Shown piece after piece: positions 21,196 through 32,412 of a DNA stretch of 64,000 nucleotides. Position numbers and translations under genes: made by a program. The stretch spans positions 1 through 64,000 of the forward strand of contig CAWEHK010000049.1 in NCBI GenBank assembly GCA_963808625.1. Direction: 5' to 3'. Origin of the DNA: an uncultured delta proteobacterium. GTDB lineage: Bacteria; Desulfobacterota; Syntrophobacteria; Syntrophobacterales; Syntrophobacteraceae. Positions within the stretch are counted from its first letter, which is position 1, and each line of letters starts with the position of its first letter. The notes beneath the pieces were generated by a model. That model made no database searches, was not told the DNA's origin, and saw only the letters and a list, made by a program, of their open reading frames with translations.

Positions 21196-22733
21196 ATGGA
21201 TAGACCACAAGGTTATCGAAAGCGCTTGGTTGCAGCACTACTGCCCATGCTGGTCTTGATTCTCTGCCAGGGCACGGGGATCCGGAGCAGTGTTGCAAAG
21301 GATGAGAAGTCCCTGCCGCCGGAGAAGATTCGCGAATCGGTTCTGGCCGGGACGTGGTATCCGGCGTCACCGGAAGAACTGCGCCAAATGATCGAGGGTT
21401 TTCTCAGCCGCGTTCCAGCCAACGGACATTCCCGGCCAATTGACCGCTCTCATCTCACCCCATGCCGGATACGTCTACTCCGGCCAGGTGGCCGCTCATG
21501 CTTACAAGCTCCTCGAAAAGCAGAAATTCTCGACCGTTATCGTGCTTGCTCCCAGCCATCAGGCGCGTTTTACGGGAGTCTCCGTATACGATCGGGGAGG
21601 CTTTCGCACACCTCTGGGAGTCGTACCCCTTGATCAAGACCTGATCTCAGCCCTGGAAAAGCGGGACAAGCGCATCCGTTTCATTCCCGAGGCCCATGCT
21701 AAAGAACATGCGCTGGAGATCCAACTGCCTTTTCTCCAGGTGGTGATGCCGGGCTTCAAGCTCGTACCCCTGGTGATGGGAGAACAGGATCTTGAAACCT
21801 GCCGATGGCTCGCCGAAGCCATTGCCGATTGCATCAAGGACAAACCTGTTCTCCTCGTGGCCAGTTCGGACCTTTCTCACTTCCATTCATCCGATGAAGC
21901 CAAACGCCTGGATCAGGTGGTGCTGGATCGGGTGGCGGCATTTGATCCGGAAGGTCTCCTGCGGAGCCTTGAAAGCGGCAAATGTGAAGCCTGCGGCGGC
22001 GGCCCGATGGTAGCGACCATGCTGGCGGCGCGACGTTTGGGAGCAACCAAGAGCCGGGTCCTCAATTCCGCCAATTCCGGCGATGTCACCGGGGATCGCA
22101 GCCGTGTGGTCGGCTATATGGCAGCGGCGCTGTGGGCCGAACCGGGCGGCGGCAGTGAACGGAAATCCGAAGACGCCGAAGGTGGGGGTGGATCTTGGCC
22201 TCAGTGCCGATGAGAAAGCCCTGTTGCATCGAATTGCCAGGGAAAGCATCGAAGCCAAGCTGCTGGCCAAAAAAGCCCCAAGCCTCGATCAATCTGCCCT
22301 GCCGGCCTCAAAGAAAACCGAGGCGCCTTCGTGACGCTGAACAAGGCATGACCAACTCCGAGGCTGCATCGGCCGTCTCGCCGCCGACCGCCCACTGGGA
22401 GAGGTGGTAGCGGAAATGGCCTCGGCCGCAGCGTTTCAAGACCCTCGTTTCAGTCCCCTGAGCGCCGACGAACTGAAGGACCTGGAAATCGAGATCTCGG
22501 TGCTCACTCCCTTCAAGAGAATCACCAATATTGACGAGATCCAGGTGGGAAAACATGGGATTTTGATGAGAAATGGCAGCTCCTCCGGCCTGCTTCTCCC
22601 CCAGGTCGCCACCGATTATGGCTGGGATCGCACCACCTTTCTGGAACATACCTGCCAGAAGGCCGGGCTTCCCAAGGATGCCTGGAAGGACAAAAACACC
22701 GAAATCTATATCTTTTCTGCGGATGTTTTCTAA
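21196..22733 (+). CDS. amrB: AmmeMemoRadiSam system protein B (Memo) - protein A (AMMECR1) fusion with N-terminal hydrophobic leader; frameshifted
   Basis: AGTWYP, PHAGYVYSG, EHALEIQLPFL, SSDLSHF, EACG and VVGY (Memo), then GAFVTL..LRGCIG, AAFQDPRF and LLLPQV (AMMECR1) with no intervening start. Confidence 0.85.
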
Positions 22734-22741
22734 TTTAGTTA

Positions 22742-22894
22742 GTATCTATCCGGAAACCCACTGCTCGAATTAGACGAGCGTGGGGCGGACTTTATGTCCG
22801 CCCTCAATTGGCAATGATTTCGGCACACTTCGGGAGGGGATAAACCCCTCCCCTACAATCCAAATTCAGATATCCGGAATTTCCGGATGGAAAC
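22742..22894. mobile_element. TIR-bounded miniature element carrying a GTAG-type REP doublet (copy 1)
   Basis: Ends GTATCTATCCGGAAA / TTTCCGGATGGAAAC; internal GTGGGGCGGACTTTATGTCCGCCC and GGGAGGGGATAAACCCCTCCCCTAC. Confidence 0.75.
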
Positions 22895-22940
22895 TGGTTA
22901 GAAGAGTGGGAAAACAACGCGATGAGCGACACGAATATGA

Positions 22941-25900
22941 ATGAAGAAAACTTGCACCCTTTCCGATGAAAACCCGGGAGAGCGGATCACTTCACTGACG
23001 GCCCAAATTGTTTCCGAATTCGAGGTGGCGATGGGTAGTTCCAGCCGGGTAAAGGAGCTCTGCACCGAGCTCTCGAAGTTCTTGGAAACGGCGCCGGTTT
23101 TTCCCGATCGTCCGCAATTGGAGCGCCTGGTTTCCGTGGTTGGCAAGCGGACGGGAGCCATGGTCGAACCGCTCTTCGATCTGCTCGTCCAGCTCTCCTG
23201 GAGAATCGACGATCCCTGGGTTGTGCTGGAAGGCATGCTGAACGTCCGCGACCATGCTCTGATGCGCAGAACTCTGGAAGAAATTCTCAAGCTAACGGAA
23301 GCCGGAAAGCTCCTGGTGGATCTTGAAGTTCTCCAAATCTTCGCCGAAAACGTCGAGAAAGAGGGGAACCCCATCAGGGAAGCGGAGCATCTGAAGATTC
23401 TGGCCAGGATCATCCACCTGGCCGCCTTGCCGCTGCCGGACTTGCAGCAAGACCCGATTGCCTGGCTCTACCTGTCGTCATCTCAGCTCCAACTGCGCCA
23501 GCTCGCCGCGCGCCTCCTCGATGCCGAAGCCAAGCCGGTGGCGGCGGACCTCGCCCAGACCATTCTTGGCGAAGACGCTGTCCAGGTCCTGGCCCCCTAC
23601 CTTGCGTTTACGCGGGCAACTCACCTGGATCTGCTCTACCTCATTCCCATTCCCGGCCAGCCGCCACCCTGCCTCAGCGGCGTGAGGGAAGCGGAAAAGC
23701 TTTGCGGCAGCCAACTGCTTCGGGAGGTGATCGCGGCGCTCGGCTGGGGGCGTTTCAATTTCGGCCTGGATGCCGGCAAAGGCGTCAATATCAGTATCGG
23801 AGGCTCGTTTCCCCTGGTCGTCTCCCCGGTCGAAACAACCCTTTTCGATGGCCTCGAAGAAGCTCGCCGTACCGGCGAGCACTTCCTGTTCACCGCCCAT
23901 GGAGGACTCCCTGTCGAGACCCGGAAGACTTCCGGCGAGGACGACGTGGTCTCCCGTTTCCGCTCCTACAATGTCACCCATTCGGAAGTACTCACGGAAA
24001 TTCTGGACGTAGCCCCGCTGACCCGGGAAAAAGTCGAGCGGATTCTGGAAAAGATGGACCGGATTACCAGTGATTTTAAGGCGCTCTTTTCTTCGTATGC
24101 CGAAGAGTGCGCCATTCTACCGGAGCTGTACCGGAACCTTCGGGAGCGGATTGTGCACGAGCTGGATCAGGAGACTTCCGAACTGCAACTCTCCGCCGAA
24201 CTGACGCGGCTGGTGCAAATGTTCGAGGACCCGGCATCCCTTGGCTCCGTGCGAACCCTGCATGGCCTCAAGCGCTACCTGCACCAGCGCGGTCTGCGCC
24301 TGGGTTTCCGCCTGGTGGAATCGGGAGGGGCCACCAACCGCACCGTAACCCTTGTGGTGGCATCGTCCCGGCGGATTACTCATGTCACCCGCGACTTCCA
24401 ATATGTGAATTTCGGCTCGGAACGAAACATCACGACGATGACCGAAATACCCTATCCGGTGAAGGTCGTGGTCGATGGTCTCAGTCGCCAGATCCTTCAC
24501 GGCCAGCAGCGTCTTCCCGGAATCCGGGTTTTTTGCTACGGCAACGAGGTCCACTATTACCTCACCTTTCTCAATCATCCGGCGTTTTTGCGCATCGACT
24601 TCTCGCCCCCGCTGCGGGGCGGCATGATCGACCTGGAATACTACGGCGTCAGCAAGAATGAGCTCGAGATGCACCCGAATATTGCGCTGGATGCGATCCA
24701 GCAGTTTTTCCGACCAGCTCGAGTTTGACGTCCGGGTAGAAAACACGCGCGTTCATGCCCGTTACGACAAGGAGCGGGCCTTGAGTTTGGGGGACATCTG
24801 CGAAAAGGCGGAAGCCCTTTTTCGCCTGGCGCCCTATCTCATGGAAATCGACTGGGTCATCGGGTCACTGGACCTCTCAGAGGACGCCAAGAAGGCCGCC
24901 GCAGAGGCGTGGGCCTGGTTCTTCGCCCACTGGGGGGTGCTGCCCATCGACCAGATGCTGACCCAAAATCGGCTGGGCATTTTGCTCGGGATTGAGTCCA
25001 GCGCACTACTGGGGAACGGGAGATTATATGGTCAGGGGGCTCCCCTACCGTGATCGCTTCACGAGAATTCCCCCGGCGGGCCTGTTCCCCGCGCTCCGCT
25101 CGGTCCTGCACGAACTGGGGCAGGAAGTCGACCCGCTTTTTGAAGAAGGCGGCGGCCACGAATGGGGACAAATCTACCTCGAAAACATGGTGCTGCTCCC
25201 CCTGCGCAAAGCGGTGATGCGCGGAGAAATCATCGAAACGGCGAAAGGATACGAAAAAAGTCCGCGAGGAGCTATTTGCGCGAAAACATGAAACGGAGTT
25301 CTTTGCGGAAATTCTGACGGCTGAAGACGAAACCTCCTGGGTATCGCCTCCTCTCGCGGCGATCATGGCGACGCTCGAGGGCGACCACCCGATCCCGCTG
25401 GGGGTGCGCCTCTCCTCTTTCGTGCTGGCTCATCTGGTTGCGCCTTTGGAGCGGACGCTGCGCTTCCAGACCAGCGGCAGTCTCAACGGCTACGAGGTGC
25501 AGCGGGCCGCCATGGCGCTTTGCGGCAAGGAACTCGGCCTGTATGTGTTCCGGGACGGGGCCGGCATCATCCGGTTGGCCATGTTTTCTCACGGGGAATC
25601 CCTCTATCTCGGCGCGCCAGCATCCCGCTTCCCGCTGGCAGTCCAACGGCAGCATCGATCCCGCGGAATTCGCGGAACTGCTCTGGCTGAACAATTATCT
25701 CACGGCGGGCATGGAATCGGTGAAAACGGACGTCTGCGTGGGCGCCGAAGACGTTCTCTCGTGCTTCCAAAGAATCAACCCCCAGCAGCGGCCCCGTCCC
25801 ATTCCGGGGGACAATGTCATCGAGGGGCTCAAAGCCTCTCCCGGCCGCGCCGTGGCGAAGGTGCTGTTCGGCACGCGGGGCCGCCAGCCCGAGGACTTCC

Positions 25901-28128
25901 ATGACACCATCCTGGTGGCGCCGGCAATCACCCCGGAGGACAACAGCTTTCTCTACCATTCAGCGGGGGTGGTCTCGATCGGCGGCGGGATTCTCAGCCA
26001 CGCCGGCTTGATCGCGGTGCAGTTCCACAAACCCGCGCTCATTATCTCCGGGCGCTGGCAGGAGTCGGCGGTGGGTCCCCCCTTTCTTCTCTACAGCACC
26101 ATCGAATACCAGGAAGAAGAAAAGGCAATCAATGACTACCAGATTACCATCCGGCGCGACGTCCATAAGAAGGAGCGGCGGCTGCAGGAGGGCGACCTGG
26201 TGGTGCTCGATGCCGACGATGGGACCCTGCGGGTCCTCGGTCAGGACCGCGAAGTCTTGAGCCTGCATGAGAGCATTCGTCACTTCGGAGAGACGGGCCA
26301 GCGCCTGGCGCGGGCCACCGAGGAGAAGGAGATCCTGGTTCTCCGGGGCCGCCGACTGCGGGCGCGTCACCAGATCGAAAAGCATCTGACGCAGTTGAAA
26401 GATCTTCTCCTGGCCCATCATGTGGTCCAGGAACTGTTTGTGGGGAAAGATCTTGCCGGCGACAGCGGGGCCCAAAGCGAGAAGGGCCGGTTCCTCTCCC
26501 TGCTGCTGGCCAATCGCCGGGTCGGGGCTCCCTGCCGCGAATTCATTTTCGAAATTTCCCGAAACCTTCAGCACCGCTATGCCGACCGTTCGGCAGAGGG
26601 CAGACAGCGGCTCCCTCTTTCCGACAATCCTTATGAGATTCTCTCTTTGCGTTTGCAGGTGCTGCGCCTCCGCCGCGCCCTTCAGGACACCTCCACGTCC
26701 CTGCAGTCCTGCAACTTCGAGCCGGTCTTCTGTGACACCTCGGTGGCTTCGGAAATAAGCGAGCTGGCTCGCCGCCGACTGCAACATTTGCACGACACGC
26801 TGGTGAAAAACGTCAGCGAAACGGTTTCCTCCGGGAAGACGGATTTCCGCCTGCGCCATCTGGTCCGCCAGATTCAGCGCCTGGATACCGTGCTCGAGAC
26901 GCCGCCGGAGCTTCGAAAATCAGTCGATGAGATCAGGAACACCATCGTCCAGAATGATCGGCAGGCACGCCGGAGCCTTCAGGATCGCCGGGTCCTCGGA
27001 CCTGCCGACGGAGGCTTCGAGATCTACACGGCGATTGGCTGGAAAGCCGCAAACCTGGCCGAGATCGAACGGCTGGGCGGGCGCCGGCTGGTCCCGCCGT
27101 GGTTTGCGGTAACGAACCAGGTGTTCCAGGAAGTCTTGAGCGCACCGCTGGATAAGAGCCTCAGCAGTGCCGAAGGGTTTCCCCCGAGTATCGCTACCGT
27201 GAATGATGCGGTTGACGCAATCCTTGCCCGCGAGGACTGGAACAATCTGCAAAAATCCCGGCAGATCCGACAACTTTGGGGAAAAATCACGATTCCTCAG
27301 GCCATTGCCGACGAGGTTGCCGCGGCCTATGAGCAACTTTCCAAAGACATACCCGAAGGATCGACGCCCGATGGGAAAGATGCGGAACCTTTCGTCGCCA
27401 TTCGCTCCTCCGGTCGGGAAGAAGATACGGAGAATTTCACCCGTGCGGGAGAATTCGAGTCCTTTCTTTACATTCGCGGCCGCGAGCAACTGCTGGAATA
27501 TTTGAAGCGTGCCTGGAGCGGCCTGTGGACGGAACGGGCGATCCACAATCGCGGTGTCCTGGGGACCCAGTTGGAGAAGGTGGTGGGCGGCATCATCATT
27601 CAGCGCAATGCCTGGTCGCGTGTTTCCGGCGTGCTCCAGACCGTGAACATCGCCGAAGACAAGCTGCGGGAAATGGTCATCAATGTCGGCCTTGGCCTGG
27701 GTGAAGGCATCGTCTCCGGGACGGTGGCCGCCGATCAGATCGTCGTTGCCAAGACCGACAACCTGCAAACCGCTCCCCTTCGGTTTCGCTACATCACGGC
27801 CGACAAGCGCGAACAGGTGGTGTTCAATGCGCGCGCCGGCTATGGCGTGATCCGCTCACAGACGCTTTACCACCAGCGGCTTCGCCCCGCGATCGAATAC
27901 GTCGAACTGGCCGAGCTGGTGGCCATTGCCGATCGGCTCGAAGCGGCTTACGGGCATCCCCTCGATATCGAGTTCGGCATCGAAGGCGCCAAGCTCTGGA
28001 TCCTCCAGGCCCGGCCGGTTGGCACCTTCCCGGCGCTGCTGCGGGAAACCGTGCAGCTCTATCCGTTTTCGGGAAGGCAATTATTGAGATGTCTTTCAAT
28101 CCGGAGGAGCCGGCGGGATTGCTTTTGA
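22941..28128 (+). CDS. Very large PEP-utilising phosphotransferase-like protein: unknown N-terminus, swivelling His domain, C-terminal PPDK_N ATP-grasp; frameshifts near 24710, 25000, 25270 and 25610
   Basis: GGGILSHAGLIA phospho-His motif; IGWKAANL, VPPWFAVT, AIRSSGREED...AGEFES, GLGEGIVSG and DIEFGI...WILQARP; upstream ORF pieces abut each other without RBS. Confidence 0.78.
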
Positions 28129-28158
28129 CATGCTTTGAACCTGTTGCTACGATAGCTT

Positions 28159-28301
28159 GTTTCCATCCGGAAACCCACCTGTTGCGTAGGGGCGGGCTTT
28201 ACGCCCGCCCGAAATGGACAATAAATCCAGCACATTTCGGGAGGGGATAAACCCCTACCCCTACAGTCCGAACTCAAACATGTGCAGTTTCCGGACGAAC
28301 A
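28159..28301. mobile_element. TIR-bounded miniature element carrying a REP doublet (copy 2)
   Basis: Ends GTTTCCATCCGGAAAC / GTTTCCGGACGAAC; internal GTAGGGGCGGGCTTTACGCCCGCCC and GGGAGGGGATAAACCCCTACCCCTAC. Confidence 0.75.
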
Positions 28302-28322
28302 ATGGCTACAAGAGGTGAAAGA

Positions 28323-28606
28323 ATGCAATTGGTCGGCATAAGGGAATTGAAGAATAGACTCACCCACTACCTCGAAATTGCCAAGAGTGGTGACAAAGAT
28401 AGTTGTAACGGACCGAGGGGTACCTGTGGCAATCCTGCACAATCTGGATCAAGTCGAGGAGGAGATGACACTGGAAGAAAGGTTGGTTTCCTTTCAAAAC
28501 AGGGCTTTGTGACGTTGCCAAGGAAGCGACTGGGTTTCCGTCGCTTACCGGGGTCAAGATCAAAGGCGAATCCTTGTCCGAAACGGTGATCAAGGAACGT
28601 AGATGA
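28323..28606 (+). CDS. Phd/YefM-family antitoxin, frameshifted; toxin absent
   Basis: MQLVGIRELKNRLTHYL...IVVTDRGVPVAIL...SLSETVIKERR reconstructed across frames. Confidence 0.75.
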
Positions 28607-28625
28607 TTTATTAGGAGATAATTTC

Positions 28626-30887
28626 ATGATTCGAGCTAAGGACGCGCTCCGATACCACGAAGGCGATCGCCCCGGAAAAATCGAACTGAGGGCCACCAAA
28701 CCGTGCCTGACTCCACTGGAAATGCGCCTTGCCTACCTGCCGGGCGCGTTGTTCGCTTCGGCAGCGATCGTCGAGGACCCCTCCAAGATCTTCCGCTACA
28801 CCTCCCGCGCAAACCTTGTGGGAGTCATCACCAACGGCACGGCGGTGCCCGATCTGGGCAATGTCGGCCCGGAGGCGGCAAAACCGATCCAGGAGGGCAT
28901 GGTCGTCCTGTTCAAGCGGCTGGCGGATATCGATGTTTTTGACCTCGAGTTGAACACCACCGACCCCGAGCGCTTCATCGAGACGGTGCTCACCCTCGAG
29001 CCCACCTTCGGGGGCATCAACCTCAAGGACATTCACTTTCCCGAAGGTCTCTACATCTATGACCGGCTCAACGAGGCCATGAACATTCCCGTATTCCACC
29101 AGAACCTCTACAGCTCTGCCGTGGTCGCGGCGGCGGCCCTGATCAATGCCCTGGACCTGGTGGACAAGAACATCGAGGAAGCCCGCGTCGTCATCTGCGG
29201 CATCGGCAACATGGGGACCGGCTGCGCCCGGCTTCTTCTGCAGCTGGGGGTGCAGCCGGAAAATCTCCTCTGCTACGATTTCAACGGCCTCGTGCATCCG
29301 GACCGCAAGGATTTGCTCGAGTACCAGCGGGTTTTTGCCCGGAATCATCCGGCGCGGACCCTGGCGGAAGGCATGCGGGGCGCCGATATCTTCCTCGGAG
29401 CCTCGGCCGGTGGGGTGGTCACCCAGGAAATGGTGCGCGCCATGAACCCCTACCCGATTGTTTTTGCGCTCGCCATTCCCGAACCCGAAATCAGCTATGA
29501 AGCCGCGCGCGCCAGTCGCCGCGACGTCATTGTGGCAACCGGCCTGGGCCAATATCCCAACGCGATCCTCGATACATTGAGCTTCCCCTATATTTTCCGG
29601 GGCGCTCTGGACGTCCAGGCGACCCAGATCACGGAAGGGATGCTCATCGCGGCGGCGCGCGCCCTGGCGGAACTGGCGCGCGAAGAGATTGTCGAAGAGG
29701 TCGAGCGGGCCTACGGTTATGAGCACTTTACCTTCGGCCCCGAATACCTCCTGCCCAAGCCCATCGATCCGCGCATCCTGCTGCGCGAGTCGGCCGCCGT
29801 GGCGCAGCAGGCCATCGACGAAGGGGTGGCGCGCATTTCCATGGAAACCGAGCCCTATCAGGAGAGCCTGATCGTGCGCCTGGGGACCGAACGGGAGACC
29901 CTGCGCGGACTGGTCATGAAGGCTCGCCAGAAGAACCTCAAGGTCGTTTTCTCCAGCGGGTCCAGCGAGCAGATTGTGCGAGCCTGCTCCATTCTCATCA
30001 ACGAGGGCATCGCCAGCCCGATCCTGCTTGGGGGTGAAGAAGAAATCAGGGAGCTCATCGACCGGCTTGATCTCGATCTTGGTGGGGTGCAGATCATCGA
30101 CCCGGTCCGCAGTCCGCTCTTTGAGACGTATGTCGAGGAATACTACCGGATGCGCCGCCGCCGGGGGGTGATCCTGGATGAGGCCAGAGAGCGCATGCGG
30201 CAGCGGGACTACTTTGCCTCCCTCATGCTCCACATGGGGGCGGCGGACATGATGATCGGCGGGGTTTCCATCCACTATGCGGATTCCCTCCGGACGATCA
30301 TGGAAGTCATCGGGCCGGCCCCGGGAGTGCGCAAAGTTTCGAGCCATCACATGGTGCTGCTGCACAAGAACGTCTATTTTCTGGCTGATTGCGGCGTGAA
30401 TATCGATCCGGATGCCGAAGACTTGGCGGAAACCGCGCTGCTTGCCGCCAATCGGGCGCGTTCTCTGGGCATTGAACCGCGCGTGGCGATGCTCTCCTTT
30501 TCAAGCTTCGGCAGCGTCGATCATCCCTTTACGAGAAAGGTGCGCCGCGCCACCGAAATTGCCAAGGAACTGGCGCCCGACCTGGCCATCGACGGTGAAA
30601 TCCAATTGAACACGGCCTTGAATGGAATTCGCCGGCAACGGTATTTTCCCTTTTCAGAACTGAAAAATGATGCCAACGTCCTCATTTTTCCGGACCTTCA
30701 GTCGGGCAACATCGCCCTCGATCTCCTGCAATGCATGGTGGAAGAAGCGGTTTTGATCGGCCCTCTGCTGACGGGCACACGCTTACCCGTCCATCCTCGC
30801 CCATACGGCTTTTCCGTGGAAGAGGTGGTGAACCTGACCACCCTCGGCGTCGTTGAGGCCTCCACCGCAACCAGCCGCATTTATTGA
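28626..30887 (+). CDS. maeB: MaeB-like malic enzyme / phosphotransacetylase-domain fusion with degenerate active site
   Basis: 753 aa, colinear with MaeB ([49 protein letters not shown] domain), but catalytic motifs are altered. Confidence 0.9.
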   Translation: MIRAKDALRYHEGDRPGKIELRATKPCLTPLEMRLAYLPGALFASAAIVEDPSKIFRYTSRANLVGVITNGTAVPDLGNVGPEAAKPIQEGMVVLFKRLADIDVFDLELNTTDPERFIETVLTLEPTFGGINLKDIHFPEGLYIYDRLNEAMNIPVFHQNLYSSAVVAAAALINALDLVDKNIEEARVVICGIGNMGTGCARLLLQLGVQPENLLCYDFNGLVHPDRKDLLEYQRVFARNHPARTLAEGMRGADIFLGASAGGVVTQEMVRAMNPYPIVFALAIPEPEISYEAARASRRDVIVATGLGQYPNAILDTLSFPYIFRGALDVQATQITEGMLIAAARALAELAREEIVEEVERAYGYEHFTFGPEYLLPKPIDPRILLRESAAVAQQAIDEGVARISMETEPYQESLIVRLGTERETLRGLVMKARQKNLKVVFSSGSSEQIVRACSILINEGIASPILLGGEEEIRELIDRLDLDLGGVQIIDPVRSPLFETYVEEYYRMRRRRGVILDEARERMRQRDYFASLMLHMGAADMMIGGVSIHYADSLRTIMEVIGPAPGVRKVSSHHMVLLHKNVYFLADCGVNIDPDAEDLAETALLAANRARSLGIEPRVAMLSFSSFGSVDHPFTRKVRRATEIAKELAPDLAIDGEIQLNTALNGIRRQRYFPFSELKNDANVLIFPDLQSGNIALDLLQCMVEEAVLIGPLLTGTRLPVHPRPYGFSVEEVVNLTTLGVVEASTATSRIY

Positions 30888-30954
30888 TCTGGGATGAGGA
30901 TTTTGGGTTTGAGCTGGGAAATAGTGGCCAGCTCACTGGCGGAAATCATCCGTT

Positions 30955-31060
30955 GGTGGGCACGGAAAGGCTGTGCCCACCCTACAGTGTTCCCGGGTTC
31001 CGTAGGGTGGGCAGGTTTTTTTGCCCACCGGAAACATGCACGAACTTATGCCCGTGCGTA
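30955..31060. repeat. REP-like module GTGGGCAC..GTGCCCACCCTAC / GTAGGGTGGGCA..TGCCCACC
   Basis: Near-identical second copy at about 42866-42971. Confidence 0.85.
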
Positions 31061-31186
31061 ACAGTGGTCAGGGGTCATAGATGAGCTCACTGAGAGGGAA
31101 AGCCGGCGCGGCTTTCCCTCTCACCCTCCGAAAGGTCCGTTTCAAGCCGCCTCAGAGACAGACAATCGGTTCTGCAGCGCTAATGC

Positions 31187-31474
31187 TCACGCCACCATTT
31201 CCCAGTTGCTTTCGAACGTGTTGTCATGCAGCGTGTAGGCATATCCAAACATTTTGCCGATTCCCGGCAGTACCCCCTCGTTGACCTGCCAGTAAAGGAG
31301 ATAGACCGCAGGGAGCAAACGAGGTTCACCGGTCTCGGGGTCCTCGGGATAATTTTGCCAGACCTCCCGCTTTTCCATAACTCGCCAGAGCGTGCCATGC
31401 TTCTTGCTCCGAACGATTTGTCCCACCCTGGGAAGATTCTTTTCTTTCAGGATTTGGTCGTGTGTTTCAATCAT
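31187..31474 (-). CDS. Hypothetical protein (95 aa)
   Basis: Open frame MIETHDQILKEKNLPRVGQ... with AGGAG upstream. Confidence 0.6.
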   Translation of the reverse strand: MIETHDQILKEKNLPRVGQIVRSKKHGTLWRVMEKREVWQNYPEDPETGEPRLLPAVYLLYWQVNEGVLPGIGKMFGYAYTLHDNTFESNWEMVA

Positions 31475-32020
31475 CGCCCATTCCTCCTTTCGAAGTAGAC
31501 CCGAAGCTATCGGGTAACCTATCCAGTTTGGTTGCCTGCCGACAGCCCAATCTGCCACCCACACTTCTATTCGCCAGGACAGAGGAAGGATTGCGGATGC
31601 CTTCGCGACTTTCCCTGCCTGTCACTGGATGCAGGGTCCACTGCTCTGAGCCGGCATCTCACAGGAGAAATGAGCATGATCTTGTCGATTTCGGAAGGGA
31701 CTATGTCGCATGCACCTTGATGGGTAATTCTGCTTGACTGGTATAATTCCACGAGCGCCATCGGTTGAAGTTATCAGCACCGTCTCGGCATCTCGAATCA
31801 AGTGATCATGGACATGCATGATGTTTGGCCCCGCTGGAATTTGATCGTTTCCACTATTTATTATAATCATCAGGCTAGCATTTCTCATCAAGAAAATGCT
31901 GACCTGACCACGTTAACCAAGATATTGTTCAAAGCCTTTTCATTGTTGATAAAAAGGTCCCTGTCGGCTATGCTGCAATAGGATTGCATTATGGTCGAGA
32001 CAGATCTGTGAGGCGGCTTT

Positions 32021-32412
32021 ATGTATGTCTCGCGAACCCTTGAAACCTTCCTTGGCACCGCCACGAACCAATTTCCCGTGCTCCTGGTCACGGGAGCACG
32101 GCAGGTGGGAAAAACAACGCTCCTGTTGTATCTCAGTCGAGATAAAAGAGCCTATGTCAGCCTCGATGATCCACTGGTCCTGAGTCTTGCCAGGGAAGAT
32201 CCGCCGCTTTTCCTCCAAAGATTTCCACCGCCCGTGCTCATCGATGAAATCCAGTACGCTCCGCAGCTTTTGCCCTAAATCAAAATGGCAGAGGACAGAA
32301 ACCGGGCGCCGGGTCTTTACTGGCTCACCGGCCCGGGCGGAGTGATCTGCCTGGCCGAGCAGTCTCTGTCCCTCACACCGTCGGCCCGGTCCATACCAGT
32401 GGCCGCACTTTA
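32021..32412 (+). pseudogene. AAA_14/DUF4143 ATPase remnant with a nonsense codon and a large internal deletion
   Basis: VTGARQVGKTTLL and IDEIQYAP; TAA at 32276; frame resumes IKM...YWLTG then jumps to a C-terminal-like GGVICL...IPVAAL stop. Confidence 0.75.

Noticed and set aside
28611..30365. Long antisense ORFs (e.g. 28611..30365, 9561..10718, 10591..11916, 4300..5610, 59440..60432)
   Set aside because: Shadow frames opposite well-supported GC-rich genes, with no recognisable motifs
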